Positions 63,301-64,000 of a stretch of DNA of 64,000 bases are shown in pieces. The translations under genes were made by a program, and so were the position numbers. The notes under the pieces are model-generated. The model searched no databases, had not been told where the DNA came from, and was given only the letters and a program-made list of their open reading frames with translations. Origin of the DNA: Octopus vulgaris (lineage: Eukaryota); NCBI GenBank assembly GCA_951406725.2, contig OX597820.1, positions 110,298,001-110,362,000 on the forward strand, in the 5' to 3' direction. Each line of letters starts with the position of its first letter. Position 1 is the first letter of the stretch.

Positions 63301-64000
63301 AACCTCTTCAAGAATATCACCATTGAGGACAGTGGGTGTTTTGTCTGATGGTGCAAAGCTCGCTGTGAGGATTTTGGTCTTCGAGGCATTGACTTTCATA
63401 CCAATCTGCGATGCAACACGCTGGAGCTCATTGATAGCAAACTGGACGTCAGCAAATGTACAATTCAGTGTGACACCAGTGCAGAATCACCTCCCTCCGA
63501 CAAGTCATCCTAACGAGACGTCTACGTTGGCTGGGTCATGCCCTCCGGCGTCAACCAGGAGAATTCATCTACGAAGCAATTGCCCCAGCTCCCCTACAGG
63601 GCTGGCGAAAGCGATGTGGTGGACAATGAAAAACCTGGCTGATGACAGTCAAGGCTGATCTGGAACCCAATCTAGGCCCCCATATCTACGGCATTTGCCA
63701 CTGGAATAAGGAGTGGTTGGAGATCACGCAGTTGTTAGCCTCAAATCGCCAGGCCTGGTCGGCGTTTGTGAGAGATGCAGCATTGAGAATGAATGAAGCC
63801 AGTTCAACCCACCCCGGGTGAATGCTGTAAGAAGAAGAAGAAGAAGAAGAAGAACCTAGCAGAACTTCTTCTCCACCTTACTTCTTGGATGCAAGACACA
63901 TCTACACTCCTCCATTCAAGCATCTCAACAATCTCATTAAGTGTGCCAACTCTGAGGATGTAGAAGGTGTGGGATGGGGAATAGTATTTTGCATCTGAAA
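60357..64000 (-). mobile_element. RTE-clade LINE, degenerate and rearranged, continuing past the window end; host of a nested insertion
   Basis: APE fragments (62661-62921, 62332-62589, 63863-64000), RT (61383-61763), C-terminus (61185-61382) and (GAT)n tail near 60357. Confidence 0.88.
62995..63848 (+). mobile_element. Nested RTE-like LINE 3' portion with 5' inversion, (AAG)n tail and 14-bp TSD
   Basis: TSD GAAGAACCTAGCAG at 62981-62994 and 63849-63862. 62995 to about 63453 encodes MKVNASKTK...FKYLG...LLYGSELW on the minus strand; about 63454-63830 encodes RRLRWLGHALRR...KTW on the plus strand. Confidence 0.88.

Overview
AT-rich eukaryotic DNA made almost entirely of nested transposable elements separated by (AT)n/(GT)n microsatellites. 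The SINE and RTE-tail sequences resemble octopod cephalopod (Octopus-like) repeats as I remember them; this species call is not verified. No confident host gene was found (one weak exon candidate). Contents: about 10 Penelope-like elements (PLEs; RT plus C-terminal GIY-YIG, Nematis-like and Neptune-like), several RTE-clade LINE copies, a nested 5'-inverted LINE with a 14-bp TSD, Tx1/L1-like fragments next to a 5'-truncated tRNA-Glu, four mariner-type relics, a near-intact Tc1, a Helitron helicase relic, a Gypsy integrase relic and many tRNA-derived SINEs. The main hidden signal is a dense set of type I hammerhead ribozyme motifs that I folded by eye; several have intact cores. They occur in PLE terminal repeats and also in small non-coding elements inserted in (AT)n arrays: a 559-bp terminally redundant retrozyme-like unit, several fold-back mini-elements and a 157-bp double-hammerhead palindrome. 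Together these suggest a ribozyme-bearing, non-autonomous retroelement system mobilised by PLEs. Boundaries of degenerate elements are approximate.
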